NCBI GenBank assembly: GCA_009914755.4
Contig: CP086569.2
Span: 60,640,001-60,704,000 of the forward strand
Source of the DNA: the human T2T-CHM13v2.0 reference genome, Homo sapiens
Length of the DNA stretch: 64,000 bases
Direction of reading: 5' to 3'
Shown here piece by piece: positions 1 through 39,571 of the stretch (position 1 is its first letter; the number at the start of each line of letters is the position of its first letter). The notes under the pieces are model-generated. The model searched no databases, had not been told where the DNA came from, and was given only the letters and a program-made list of their open reading frames with translations. The translations under genes and the position numbers were made by a program.

Positions 1-571
1 ATATAACTAACATACATAATATTATAATATAGATTATATTGTGTTATATTAAATTACATATATATCATGTATCATATATTCTATAATATATATTACACAT
101 TATATAATATGTATGTTGTCTATTATGTGATATATATAACTATATATATAATTATATTTTTATACATATAACTAGATAAACATGTAATTCTACATATTTT
201 CATTTATAATATGTAGAATTATATAATCATATATAATTATTTATATTCTATAAAAAATTTTATCATTATATAAATTATAATATATAAAAATTATAATATG
301 TACTACAAATATATATATTATATATCATATATGATATAGTACCTTTGTTATATTTCATAATACATATAAATGTGTATTATGTTATCTATAATTATATAAT
401 TTCATATATAAGATGTATAATATGTATCATATATTATATATGTTATGTAATATATATAGTATATATAAGATGACACAGGATAAATATTATATACTATGAC
501 ATATAAAATATATCAGGTTATATGTTACATATAAGGCATAGCACATAACATGTAATATATATCATATATAA
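1..571. repeat. Partial unit at the window start. It is the 3' part of the AT-rich segment of the preceding unit.
   Basis: Positions 1-571 are near-identical to 2421-2991 and to 7258-7828. Confidence 0.9.
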
Positions 572-863
572 TTTTTTTTTAGACAGAATCTTGTCCTGTT
601 GCACAGGGTGGGGTACAATGGCGCCATCTTTGCTCACTGCAGCTTCTGCCTCACGGGTCCAAGCGATTGTCCTTCCTCAGCCTCCCAGGTAGCTGGGACT
701 ACACCACACTGGGACTACACCAGCTGCCACCATGCCTAGCTAATTTTTTGGATTTTTAGTAGTGACAGCGTTTCACTGTATTGGCCAGGATGGTCTTGAT
801 CTCTTCACCTTGTGATCCCCTTGCCTTGGCCTCCAAATTTGCTGGGATTACAGGCCTGAGCCA
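572..863 (-). mobile_element. Alu SINE fragment. It is antisense, lacks about 12 bp at its 5' end, is CpG-decayed and has an internal ~16-bp duplication. It is an integral part of the satellite unit.
   Basis: The reverse complement matches the Alu consensus, for example 'ggatggtcttgatctc..gccttggcctccaaatttgctgggattacaggcctgagcca', 'cctcagcctcccaggtagctgggactaca' and 'ctcactgca'. The A-tail appears as poly-T at 572-580. Confidence 0.92.
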
Positions 864-1436
864 AGATCCATATTTTTTAAATGAAAAAAAATTTCAAAGG
901 TACTCTGCTTGGTACAATAATCAAATGTATAAACTGAGGAATAAAACATAACCATGAAACCTACTTATAACTGCATATGGAAAATACAGAGGATAATTTT
1001 TTAAATAACATATTTTGAAAGCCTTAACTAGTAATTTGAAGAGTTGGCATTTGAAAGGCCAGTATGAATATACCTTCAAAGCAGCAACACAGGTTCCCCA
1101 TGAGAAAAAGCAAACACAGGGAAAATAAAAACACAAAGGTTCAATCTCTTCTGACCTTTGAAAGACACAGCACAGACAGTGGTCCTTAGGACGAAGAGCA
1201 GGAGACCCCTAATTCCGTCACCATGGCGATAGGGCATAAACATTGCTGGGTGAGGGCACAATCCACATTGTGAGGTCCAACTGCTGCCAGGAAGACAGGA
1301 GTGCTTTTACATAGACCGAAAGGTCATTGAAGGCTCAGAGTTTTGTTTCAAGAACTGAATCCCAAGCCCACACGTTATTAGGCTGCGCTTCTTAAAACAA
1401 GTTATGAGATGGGAAAAAGGGCACCCACAAACATAC
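864..1436. other. Unique, non-Alu, moderately GC-containing segment of the satellite unit, about 570 bp and of unknown origin. This is the example from unit 1; the same segment recurs in every unit.
   Basis: It runs 'agatccatattttttaaatgaaaaaaaatttcaaagg ... gggcacccacaaacatacgtat'. It is not Alu-like and is not AT-microsatellite. Confidence 0.7.
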
Positions 1437-2991
1437 GTATACATTATGTATATAATAATATACAGTATCACATATATAATATATATAACCTATGTATAAT
1501 ATTGTTTTACATCCTGCATCTTATGTTATATATATTGTATAAAATATAATAATTGATAATATATAAGTTTTATAATTATACAATATGACATATAGTATAT
1601 ATTATAATTTATGACATATATAATATATGTTATATATCATATATAGAATATATTATACGGTTAATATACGTATTAAATATAAATTATACATTATATATAT
1701 TATATATAATATATCTGTTATATATAATACCCATTATGCATAATATATATATTATGTCTATGTTATATATAGTATAAAACAACATATAATAATATATAAT
1801 TGTATATATAAAATGCGACATATAATATATATTATATTTTATAACATATGTAATATATATTATATATTATATATAATACGTTGTATGTATAATACCTATA
1901 TTAAATATATATTATATGACTATGTTATTAATTACATGTCACATGTGTTATATATTATATATTTTACATAGAATATACCGGTTACATACAATATATACTA
2001 TGTTACCTATAATGTATAATTTATTACATGTAAAATAAAGAATGCAATATATTATGTATAATTTATAATATACAATATGTGGAATGTGATATATATAACA
2101 TATAATATATGATATATGATATACAGTATATGATATATAACATACAATATATGATTCCTAATATATATGGTATACAATATATATTTTATGATATGTATTC
2201 TATATGTTTTATATTCTGTTATATATAACTATTTGAAATTATATATAACTGTATAATATTTTATGTAGATATGTAATATAATATATATAACTATATAATA
2301 TATTATATATAACTATATATTATGTTATATATACTTTTATAACATAATTTACATAAAATATCATAATATAATATATATTATATTATTTCATATTACATAA
2401 TATATATTACATATCACCCAATATAACTAACATACATAATATTATAATATAGATTATATTGTGTTATATTAAATTACATATATATCATGTATCATATATT
2501 CTATAATATATATTACACATTATATAATATGTATGTTGTCTATTATGTGATATATATAACTATATATATAATTATATTTTTATACATATAACTAGATAAA
2601 CATGTAATTCTACATATTTTCATTTATAATATGTAGAATTATATAATCATATATAATTATTTATATTCTATAAAAAATTTTATCATTATATAAATTATAA
2701 TATATAAAAATTATAATATGTACTGCAAATATATATATTATATATCATATATGATATAGTACCTTTGTTATATTTCATAATACATATAAATGTGTATTAT
2801 GTTATCTATAATTATATAATTTCATATATAAGATGTATAATATGTATCATATATTATATATGTTATGTAATATATATAGTATATATAAGATGACACAGGA
2901 TAAATATTATATACTATGACATATAAAATATATGAGGTTATATGTTACATATAAGGCATAGCACATAACATGTAATATATATCATATATAA
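1437..2991. repeat. Complex AT-rich segment of the unit, about 1.56 kb and about 85% A+T, resembling HSATI. This is the example from unit 1.
   Basis: It is a long run of TA-rich but non-periodic sequence that is conserved position by position between units. Confidence 0.8.
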
Positions 2992-7828
<4,837 letters not shown>

Positions 7829-8120
7829 TTTTTTTTTAGACAGAATCTTGTCCTGTTGCACAGGGTGGGGTACAATGGCGCCATCCTTGCTCACTGCAGC
7901 TTCTGCCTCACGGGTCCAAGCGATTGTCCTTCCTCAGCCTCCCAGGTAGCTGGGACTACACCACACTGGGACTACACCAGCTGCCACCATGCCTAGCTAA
8001 TTTTTTGGATTTTTAGTAGTGACAGCGTTTCACTGTATTGGCCAGGATGGTCTTGATCTCTTCACCTTGTGATCCCCTTGCCTTGGCCTCCAAATTTGCT
8101 GGGATTACAGGCCTGAGCCA
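7829..8120 (-). mobile_element. Alu fragment of unit 4.
   Basis: Same. Confidence 0.92.
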
Positions 8121-10248
8121 AGATCCATATTTTTTAAATGAAAAAAAATTTCAAAGGTACTCTGCTTGGTACAATAATCAAATGTATAAACTGAGGAATA
8201 AAACATAACCATGAAACCTACTTATAACTGCATATGGAAAATACAGAGGATAATTTTTTAAATAACATATTTTGAAAGCCTTAACTAGTAATTTGAAGAG
8301 TTGGCATTTGAAAGGCCAGTATGAATATACCTTCAAAGCAGCAACACAGGTTCCCCATGAGAAAAAGCAAACACAGGGAAAATAAAAACACAAAGGTTCA
8401 ATCTCTTCTGACCTTTGAAAGACACAGCACAGACAGTGGTCCTTAGGACGAAGAGCAGGAGACCCCTAATTCCGTCACCATGGCGATAGGGCATAAACAT
8501 TGCTGGGTGAGGGCACAATCCACATTGTGAAGTCCAACTGCTGCCAGGAAGACAGGAGTGCTTTTACATAGACCGAAAGGTCATTGAAGGCTCAGAGTTT
8601 TGTTTCAAGAACTGAATCCCAAGCCCACACGTTATTAGGCTACGCTTCTTAAAACAAGTTATGAGATGGGAAAAAGGGCACCCACAAACATACGTATACA
8701 TTATGTATATAATAATATACAGTATCATATATATAATATATATAACCTATGTATAATATTGTTTTACATCCTGCATCTTATGTTATATATATTGTATAAA
8801 ATATAATAATTGATAATATATAAGTTTTATAATTATACAATATGACATATAGTATATATTATAATTTATGACATATATAATATATGTTATATGTCATATA
8901 TAGAATATATTATACGGTTAATATACGTATCAAATATAAATTATACATTATATATATTATATATAATATATCTGTTATATATAATACCCATTATGCATAA
9001 TATATATATTATGTCTATGTTATATATAGTATAAAACAACATATAATAATATATAATTGTATATATAAAATGTGACATATAATATATATTATATTTTATA
9101 ACATATGTAATATATATTATATATTATATATAATACGTTGTATGTATAATACCTATATTAAATATATATTATATGACTATGTTATTAATTACATGTCACA
9201 TGTGTTATATATTATATATTTTACATAGAATATACCGGTTACATACAATATATACTCTGTTACCTATAATGTATAATTTATTACATGTAAAATAAAGAAT
9301 GCAATATATTATGTATAATTTATTATATACAATATGTGGAATGTGATATATATAACATATAATATATGATATATGATATACAGTATATGATATATAACAT
9401 ACAATATATGATTCCTAATATATATGGTATACAATATATATTTTATGATATGTATTCTATATGTTTTATATTCTGTTATATATAAATATTTGAAATTATA
9501 TATAACTGTATAATATTTTATGTAAATATGTAATATAATATATATAACTATATAATATATTATATATAACTATATATTATGTTATATATACTTTTATAAC
9601 ATAATTTAAATAAAATATCATAATATAATATATACTATATTATTTCATATTACATAATATATATTACATATCACCCAATATAACTAACATAGATAATATT
9701 ATAATATAGATTATATTATGTTATATTAAATATCATATATATCATGTATCATATATTCTATAATATATATTACACATTATATAATATGTATGTTGTCTAT
9801 TATGTGATATATATAACTATATATATAATTATATTTTTATACATATAACTAGATAAACATGTAATTCTACATATTTTCATTTATAATATGTAGAATTATA
9901 TAATCATATATAATTATTTATATTCTATAAAAAATTTTATCATTATATAAATTATAATATATAAAAATTATAATATGTACTACAAATATATATATTATAT
10001 ATCATATATGCTATAGTACCTTTGTTATATATCATAATACATATAAATGTGTATTATGTTATCTATAATTATATAATTTCATATATAAGTTGTATAATAT
10101 GTATCATATATTATATATGTTATGTAATATATATAGTATATATAAGATGACACAGGATAAATATTTTATACTATGACATATAAAATATATCAGGTTATAT
10201 GTTACATATAAGGCATAGCACATAACATGTAATATATATCATATATAA
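7829..10248. repeat. Satellite unit 4 (type A).
   Basis: The period is 2420 bp. Confidence 0.9.
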
Positions 10249-24767
<14,519 letters not shown>

Positions 24768-25058
24768 TTTTTTTTAGACAGAATCTTGTCCTGTTGCACA
24801 GGGTGGGGTACAATGGCGCCATCTTTGCTCACTGCAACTTCTGCCTCACGGGTCCAAGCGATTGTCCTCCCTCAGCCTCCCAGGTAGCTGGGACTACACC
24901 ACACTGGGACTACACCAGCTGCCACCATGCCTAGCTAATTTTTTGGATTTTTAGTAGTGACAGCGTTTCACTGTATTGGCCAGGATGGTCTTGATCTCTT
25001 CACCTTGTGATCCCCTTGCCTTGGCCTCCAAATTTGCTGGGATTACAGGCCTGAGCCA
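24768..25058 (-). mobile_element. Alu fragment of unit 11.
   Basis: Same, with a shorter poly-T. Confidence 0.92.
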
Positions 25059-27185
25059 AGATCCATATTTTGTAAATGAAAAAAAATTTCAAAGGTACTC
25101 TGCTTGGTACAATAATCAAATGTATAAACTGAGGAATAAAACATAACCATGAAACCTACTTATAACTGCATATGGAAAATACAGAGGATAATTTTTTAAA
25201 TAACATATTTTGAAAGCCTTAACTAGTAATTTGAAGAGTTGGCATTTGAAAGGCCAGTATGAATATACCTTCAAAGCAGCAACACAGGTTCCCCATGAGA
25301 AAAAGCAAACACAGGGAAAATAAAAACACAAAGGTTCAATCTCTTCTGACCTTTGAAAGACACAGCACAGACAGTGGTCCTTAGGACGAAGAGCAGGAGA
25401 CCCCTAATTCCGTCACCATGGCGATAGGGCATAAACATTGCTGGGTGAGGGCACAATCCACATTGTGAGGTCCAACTGCTGCCAGGAAGGCAGGAGTGCT
25501 TTTACATAGAACGAAAGGTCATTGAAGGCTCAGAGTTTTGTTTCAAGAACTGAATCCCAAGCCCACACGATATTAGGCTGCGCTTCTTAAAACAAGTTAT
25601 GAGATGGGAAAAATGGCACCCACAAACATACGTATACATTATGTATATAATAATATACGGTATCATATATATAATATATATAACCTATGTATAATATTGT
25701 TTTACATCCTGCATCTTATATTATATATATTGTATAAAATATAATAATTGATAATATATAAGTTTTATATTTATACAATATGACATATAGTATATATTAT
25801 AATTTATGACATATATAATATATGTTATATATCATATATAGAATATATTATACGGTAATATACGTATTAAATATAAACTATACATTATATATATTATATA
25901 TAATATATCTGTTATATATAACACCCATTATGCATAATATATACATTATGTCTATGCTATATATAGTATAAAACAACACATAATAATATATAATTGTATA
26001 TATAAAATGTGACATAAAATATATATTATATTTTATGACATATGTAATATATATTATATATTATATATAATACGTTGTATGTATAATACCTATATTAAAT
26101 ATATATTATATGACTATGTTATTAATTACATGTCACATATGTTATATATTATATATTTTACATAGAATATACCGGTTACATACAATATATACTATGTTAC
26201 CTACAATGTATAATTGATTACATGTAAAATAAAGAATGCAATATATTATGTATAATTTATAATATACAATATGTGGAATGTGATATATATAACATATATT
26301 ATATGATATATGATATACAGTATATGATATATAACATACAATATATGATACCTAATATATACGGTATAAAATATATATTTTATGATATGTATTCTCTATG
26401 TTTTATATTCTGTTATATATAACTATTTGAAATTATATATAACTGTATAATATTTTATGTAAATATGTAATATAATATATATAACTATATAATATATTAT
26501 ATATAACTATATATTATGTTATATATACTTTTATAACATAATTTACATAAAATATCATAATATAATATATATTATATTATTTCATATTACATAATATATA
26601 TTACATATCACCCAACATAAGTAACATACATAATATTATAATATAGATTATATTATGTTATATTAAATATCATATATATCATGTATCATATATTCTATAA
26701 TATATATTACACATTATATAATATGTATTTTGTCTATTATGTGATATATATAACTATATATATAATTATATTATTATACATATAACTAGATAAACATGTA
26801 ATTCTACATATTTTCATTTATAATATATAGAATTATAAAATCATATATAATTATTTATATTCTATAAAAAATTATGTCATTATATAAATTATAATATATA
26901 AAAATTATAATATGTACTACAAATATATATATTATATATCATATATGATATAGTACCTTTGTTATATATCATAATACATATAAATGTGTATTATGTTATC
27001 TATAATTATATAATTTCATATATAAGATGTATAATATGTATCATATATTATATATGTTATGTAATATATATAGTATATATAAGATGACACAGGATAAATA
27101 TTATATACTATGACATATAAAATATATGAGGTTATATGTTACATATAAGGCATAGCACATAACATGTAATATATATCATATATAA
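24768..27185. repeat. Satellite unit 11. It is a mosaic with a type-A Alu and unique segment and a type-B AT-rich body.
   Basis: The unique segment carries the A marker 'aaacacagggaaaataaaaacac'. The body carries B markers: 'cggtaatatacg', 'aaactatacatt', 'acacccattatgc', 'tataattgattacatg' and 'cacccaacataagtaac'. Confidence 0.85.
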
Positions 27186-27476
27186 TTTTTTTTTAGACAG
27201 AGTCTTGTCGTGTTGCACAGGGTGGGGTACAACGGCGCCATCTTTGCTCTCCGCAACATCTGCCTCACGGGTCTAAGCGATTGTCCTCCCTCAGCCTCCC
27301 AGGTAGCTGGGACTACACCACACTGGGTCTACACCAGCTGCCAACATGCCAGTTAATTTTTTGGATTTTTAGTAGTGACAGCGTTTCACTGTATTGGTCA
27401 GGATGGTCTTGATCTCTTCACCTTGTGATCCCTTTGCCTTGGCCTCCAAATTTGCTGGGATTACAGGCCTGAGCCA
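27186..27476 (-). mobile_element. Alu fragment of unit 12.
   Basis: Same. Confidence 0.92.
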
Positions 27477-29603
27477 AGATCCATATTTTTTAAATGAAAA
27501 AAAATTTCAAAGGTACTCTGCTTGGTACAATAATCAAATGTATAAACTGAGGAATAAAACATAACCATGAAACCTACTTATAACTGCATATGGAAAATAC
27601 AGAGGATAATTTTTTAAATAACATATTTTGAAAGCCTTAACTAGTAATTTGAAGAGTTGGCATTTGAAAGGCCAGTATGAATATACCTTCAAAGCAGCAA
27701 CACAGGTTCCCCATGAGAAAAAGCAAACTCAGGGAAAATGAAACCACAAAGGTTCAATCTCTTCTGACCTTTGAAAGACACAGCACAGACAGTGGTCCTT
27801 AGGACGAAGAGCAGGAGACCCCTAATTCCGTCACCACGGCGATAGGGCATAAACATTGCTGGGTGAGGGCACAATCCATATTGTGAGGTCCAACTGCTGC
27901 CAGGAAGACAGGAGTGCTTTTACATAGACCGAAAGGTCATTGAAGGCTCAGAGTTTTGTTTCAAGAACTGAATCCCAAGCCCACACGTTGTTAGGCTGCG
28001 CTTCTTAAAACCAGTTATGAGATGGGAAAAAGGGCACCCACAAACATACGTATACATTATGTATATAATAATATACAGTATCATATATATAATATATATA
28101 ACCTATGTATAATATTGTTTTACATCCTGCATCTTATATTATATATATTGTATAAAATATAATAATTGATAATATATAAGTTTTATATTTATACAATATG
28201 ACATATAGTATATATTATAATTTATGACATATATAATATATGTTATATATCATATATAGAATATATTATACGGTAATATACGTATTAAATATAAACTATA
28301 CATTATATATATTATATATAATATATCTGTTATATATAACACGCATTATGCATAATATATACATTATGTCTATGTTATATATAGTATAAAACAACACATA
28401 ATAATATATAATTGTATATATAAAATGCGACATAAAATATATATTATATTTTATGACATATGTAATATATATTATATATTATATATAATACGTTGTATGT
28501 ATATTACCTATATTAAATATAAATTATATGACTATGTTATTAATTACATGTCACATGTGTTATATATTATATATTTTACATAGAATATACCGGTTACATA
28601 CAATATATACTATGTTACCTACAATGTATAATTGATTACATGTAAAATAAAGAATGCAATATATTATGTATAATTTATAATATACAATATGTGGAATGTG
28701 ATATATATAACATATATTATATGATATATGATATACAGTATATGATATATAACATACAATATATGATACCTAATATATACGGTATAAAATATATATTTTA
28801 TGATATGTATTCTCTATGTTTTATATTCTGTTATATATAACTATTTGAAATTATATATAACTGTATAATATTTTATGTAAATATGTAATATAATATATAT
28901 AACTATATAATATATTATATATAACTATATATTATGTTATATATACTTTTATAACATAATTTACATAAAATATCATAATATAATATATATTATATTATTT
29001 CATATTACATAATATATATTACATATCACCCAACATAAGTAACATACATAATATTATAATATAGATTATATTATGTTATATTAAATATCATATATATCAT
29101 GTATCATATATTCTATAATATATATTACACATTATATAATATGTATTTTGTCTATTATGTGATATATATAACTATATATATAATTATATTATTATACATA
29201 TAACTAGATAAACATGTAATTCTACATATTTTCATTTATAATATATAGAATTATATAATCATATATAATTATTTATATTCTATAAAAAATTATGTCATTA
29301 TATAAATTATAATATATAAAAATTATAATATGTACTACAAATATATATATTATATATCATATATGATATAGTACCTTTGTTATATATCATAATACATATA
29401 AATGTGTATTATGTTATCTATAATTATATAATTTCATATATAAGATGTATAATATGTATCATATATTATATATGTTATGTAATATCTATAGTATATATAA
29501 GATGACACAGGATAAATATTATATACTATGACATATAAAATATATGAGGTTATATGTTACATATAAGGCATAGCACATAACATGTAATATATATCATATA
29601 TAA
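27186..29603. repeat. Satellite unit 12 (type B).
   Basis: The unique segment has the B marker 'aaactcagggaaaatgaaaccac'. The Alu has 'tcttgtcgtgttgcac' and 'ctctccgcaacatctg'. Confidence 0.9.
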
Positions 29604-36859
<7,256 letters not shown>

Positions 36860-37151
36860 TTTTTTTTTAGACAGAATCTTGTCCTGTTGCACAGGGTGGG
36901 GTACAATGGCGCCATCTTTGCTCACTGCAACTTCTGCCTCACGGGTCCAAGCGATTGTCCTCCCTCAGCCTCCCAGGTAGCTGGGACTACACCACACTGG
37001 GACTACACCAGCTGCCACCATGCCTAGCTAATTTTTTGGATTTTTAGTAGTGACAGCGTTTCACTGTATTGGCCAGGACGGTCTTGATCTCTTCACCTTG
37101 TGATCCCCTTGCCTTGGCCTCCAAATGTGCTGGGATTACAGGCCTGAGCCA
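36860..37151 (-). mobile_element. Alu fragment of unit 16.
   Basis: Same. Confidence 0.92.
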
Positions 37152-39279
37152 AGATCCATATTTTTTAAATGAAAAAAAATTTCAAAGGTACTCTTCTTGG
37201 TACAATAATCAAATGTATAAACTGAGGAATAAAACATAACCATGAAACCTACTTATAACTGCATATGGAAAATACAGAGGATAATTTTTTAAATAACATA
37301 TTTTGAAAGCCTTAACTAGTAATTTGAAGAGTTGGCATTTGAAAGGCCAGTATGAATATACCTTCAAAGCAGCAACACAGGTTCCCCATGAGAAAAAGCA
37401 AACACAGGGAAAATAAAAACACAAAGGTTCAATCTCTTCTGACCTTTGAAAGACACAGCACAGACAGTGGTCCTTAGGACGAAGAGCAGGAGACCCCTAA
37501 TTCCGTCACCATGGCGATAGGGCATAAACATTGCTGGGTGAGGGCACAATCCACATTGTGAGGTCCAACTGCTGCCAGGAAGACAGGAGTGCTTTTACAT
37601 AGACCGAAAGGTCATTGAAGGCTCAGAGTTTTGTTTCAAGAACTGAATCCCAAGCCCACACGTTATTAGGCTGCGCTTCTTAAAACAAGTTATGAGATGG
37701 GAAAAAGGGCACCCACAAACATACGTATACATTATGTATATAATAATATACAGTATCATATATATAATATATATAACCTATGTATAATATTGTTTTACAT
37801 CCTGCATCTTATGTTATATATATTGTATAAAATATAATAATTGATAATATATAAGTTTTATAATTATACAATATGACATATAGTATATATTATAATTTAT
37901 GACATATATAATATATGTTATATGTCATATATAGAATATATTATACGGTTAATATACGTATTAAATATAAATTATACATTATATATATTATATATAATAT
38001 ATCTGTTATATATAATACCCATTATGCATAATATATATATTATGTCTATGTTATATATAGTATAAAACAACATATAATAATATATAATTGTATATATAAA
38101 ATGCGACATATAATATATATTATATTTTATAACATATGTAATATATATTATATATTATATATAATACGTTGTATGTATAATACCTATATTAAATACATAT
38201 TATATGACTATGTTATTAATTACATGTCACATGTGTTATATATTATATATTTTACATAGAATATACCGGTTACATACAATATATACTATGTTACCTATAA
38301 TGTATAATTTATTACATGTAAAATAAAGAATGCAATATATTATGTATAATTTATAATATACAATATGTGGAATGTGATATATGTAACATATAATATATGA
38401 TATATGATATACAGTATATGATATATAACATACAATATATGATTCCTAATATATATGGTATACAATACATATTTTATGATATGTATTCTATATGTTTTAT
38501 ATTCTGTTATATATAACTATTTGAAATTATATATAACTGTATAATATTTTATGTAAATATGTAATATAATATATATAACTATATAATATATTATATATAA
38601 CTATATATTATGTTATATATACTTTTATAACATAATTTACATAAAATATCATAATATAATATATATTATAATATTTCATATTACATAATATATATTACAT
38701 ATCACCCAATATAACTAACATACATAATATTATAATATAGATTATATTATGTTATATTAAATATCATATATATCATGTATCATATATTCTATAATATATA
38801 TTACACATTATATAATATGTATGTTGTCTATTATGTGATATATATAACTATATATATAATTATATTTTTATACATATAACTAGATAAACATGTAATTCTA
38901 CATATTTTCATTTATAATATGTAGAATTATATAATCATATATAATTATTTATATTCTATAAAAAATTTTATCATTATATAAATTATAATATATAAAAATT
39001 ATAATATGTACTACAAATATATATATTATACATCATATATGATATAGTACCTTTGTTATATATCATAATATATATAAATGTGTATTATGTTATCTATAAT
39101 TATATAATTTCATATATAAGATGTATAATATGTATCATATATTATATATGTTATGTAATATATATAGTATATATAAGATGACACAGGATAAATATTATCT
39201 ACTATGACATATAAAATATATGAGGTTATATGTTACATATAAGGCATAGCACATAACATGTAATATATATCATGTATAA
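36860..39279. repeat. Satellite unit 16 (type A).
   Basis: It shares 'ggccaggacggtcttg' and 'ccaaatgtgctggg' with unit 17. Confidence 0.9.
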
Positions 39280-39571
39280 TTTTTTTTTAGACACAATCTT
39301 GTCCTGTTGCACAGGGTGGGGTACAATGGCGCCATCTTTGCTCACTGCAACTTCTGCCTCACGGGTCCAAGCGATTGTCCTCCCTCAGCCTCCCAGGTAG
39401 CTGGGACTACACCACACTGGGACTACACCAGCTGCCACCATGCCTAGCTAATTTTTTGGATTTTTAGTAGTGACAGCGTTTCACTGTATTGGCCAGGACG
39501 GTCTTGATCTCTTCACCTTGTGATCCCCTTGCCTTGGCCTCCAAATGTGCTGGGATTACAGGCCTGAGCCA
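39280..39571 (-). mobile_element. Alu fragment of unit 17.
   Basis: Same. Confidence 0.92.

Larger units (their letters stand above)
572..2991. repeat. Satellite unit 1 (type A).
   Basis: Alu at 572-863, unique segment at about 864-1436, AT-rich body at about 1437-2991. Confidence 0.9.

Noticed and set aside
572-580. Poly-T runs of 7-10 nt once per unit on the + strand could be read as intrinsic terminators or as Pol III terminators.
   Set aside because: They are the complement of the Alu poly(A) tail. No upstream GC-rich hairpin is present. Read as a Pol III terminator, the only nearby Pol III-type promoter is the Alu A and B boxes. Those are on the opposite strand and point away from the poly-T.
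560-900. I looked for target-site duplications flanking the Alu, to see whether it is an independent insertion into each unit.
   Set aside because: The flanks are 'atcatatataa' before the poly-T and 'agatccatattttttaaatgaaaaaaaa' after the truncated Alu 5' end. I found no convincing 7-20 bp direct repeat in them. The Alu is at the identical position with identical truncation in all 26 units. It was therefore part of the progenitor unit before amplification, not inserted separately.
884-900. The A8-9 tract 'aaatgaaaaaaaatttcaaagg' next to the Alu 5' end could be a second retroelement tail.
   Set aside because: It is too short, and I recognise no SINE or LINE body adjacent to it. It is more likely a simple homopolymer in the unique segment. 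Its length varies by 1 nt between units, for example at 15409.
1076-1261. A 61-aa minus-strand ORF ('MCPHPAMFMPYRHGDGIRGLLLFVLRTTVCAVSFKGQKRLNLCVFIFPVFAFSHGEPVLLL') that recurs in about 25 copies. A 71-aa ORF overlaps it (921-1136 and its repeats).
   Set aside because: It recurs only because the DNA is tandemly repeated. The ORFs are short and overlap each other in different frames on the same strand. They are frameshifted in units 9 and 10 and lost in units 5 and 11-13. I recognise no protein domain in them. There is no upstream promoter or Kozak context that I can argue for. They are best regarded as chance ORFs in the GC-containing unique segment of the satellite.
1437-2991. The AT-rich body could be read as a microsatellite or minisatellite with an internal short period.
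   Set aside because: Apart from the insertion in unit 20, I see no consistent short period. The sequence is complex and is conserved base by base between units. It is better described as an HSATI-like complex AT-rich segment than as a simple repeat.
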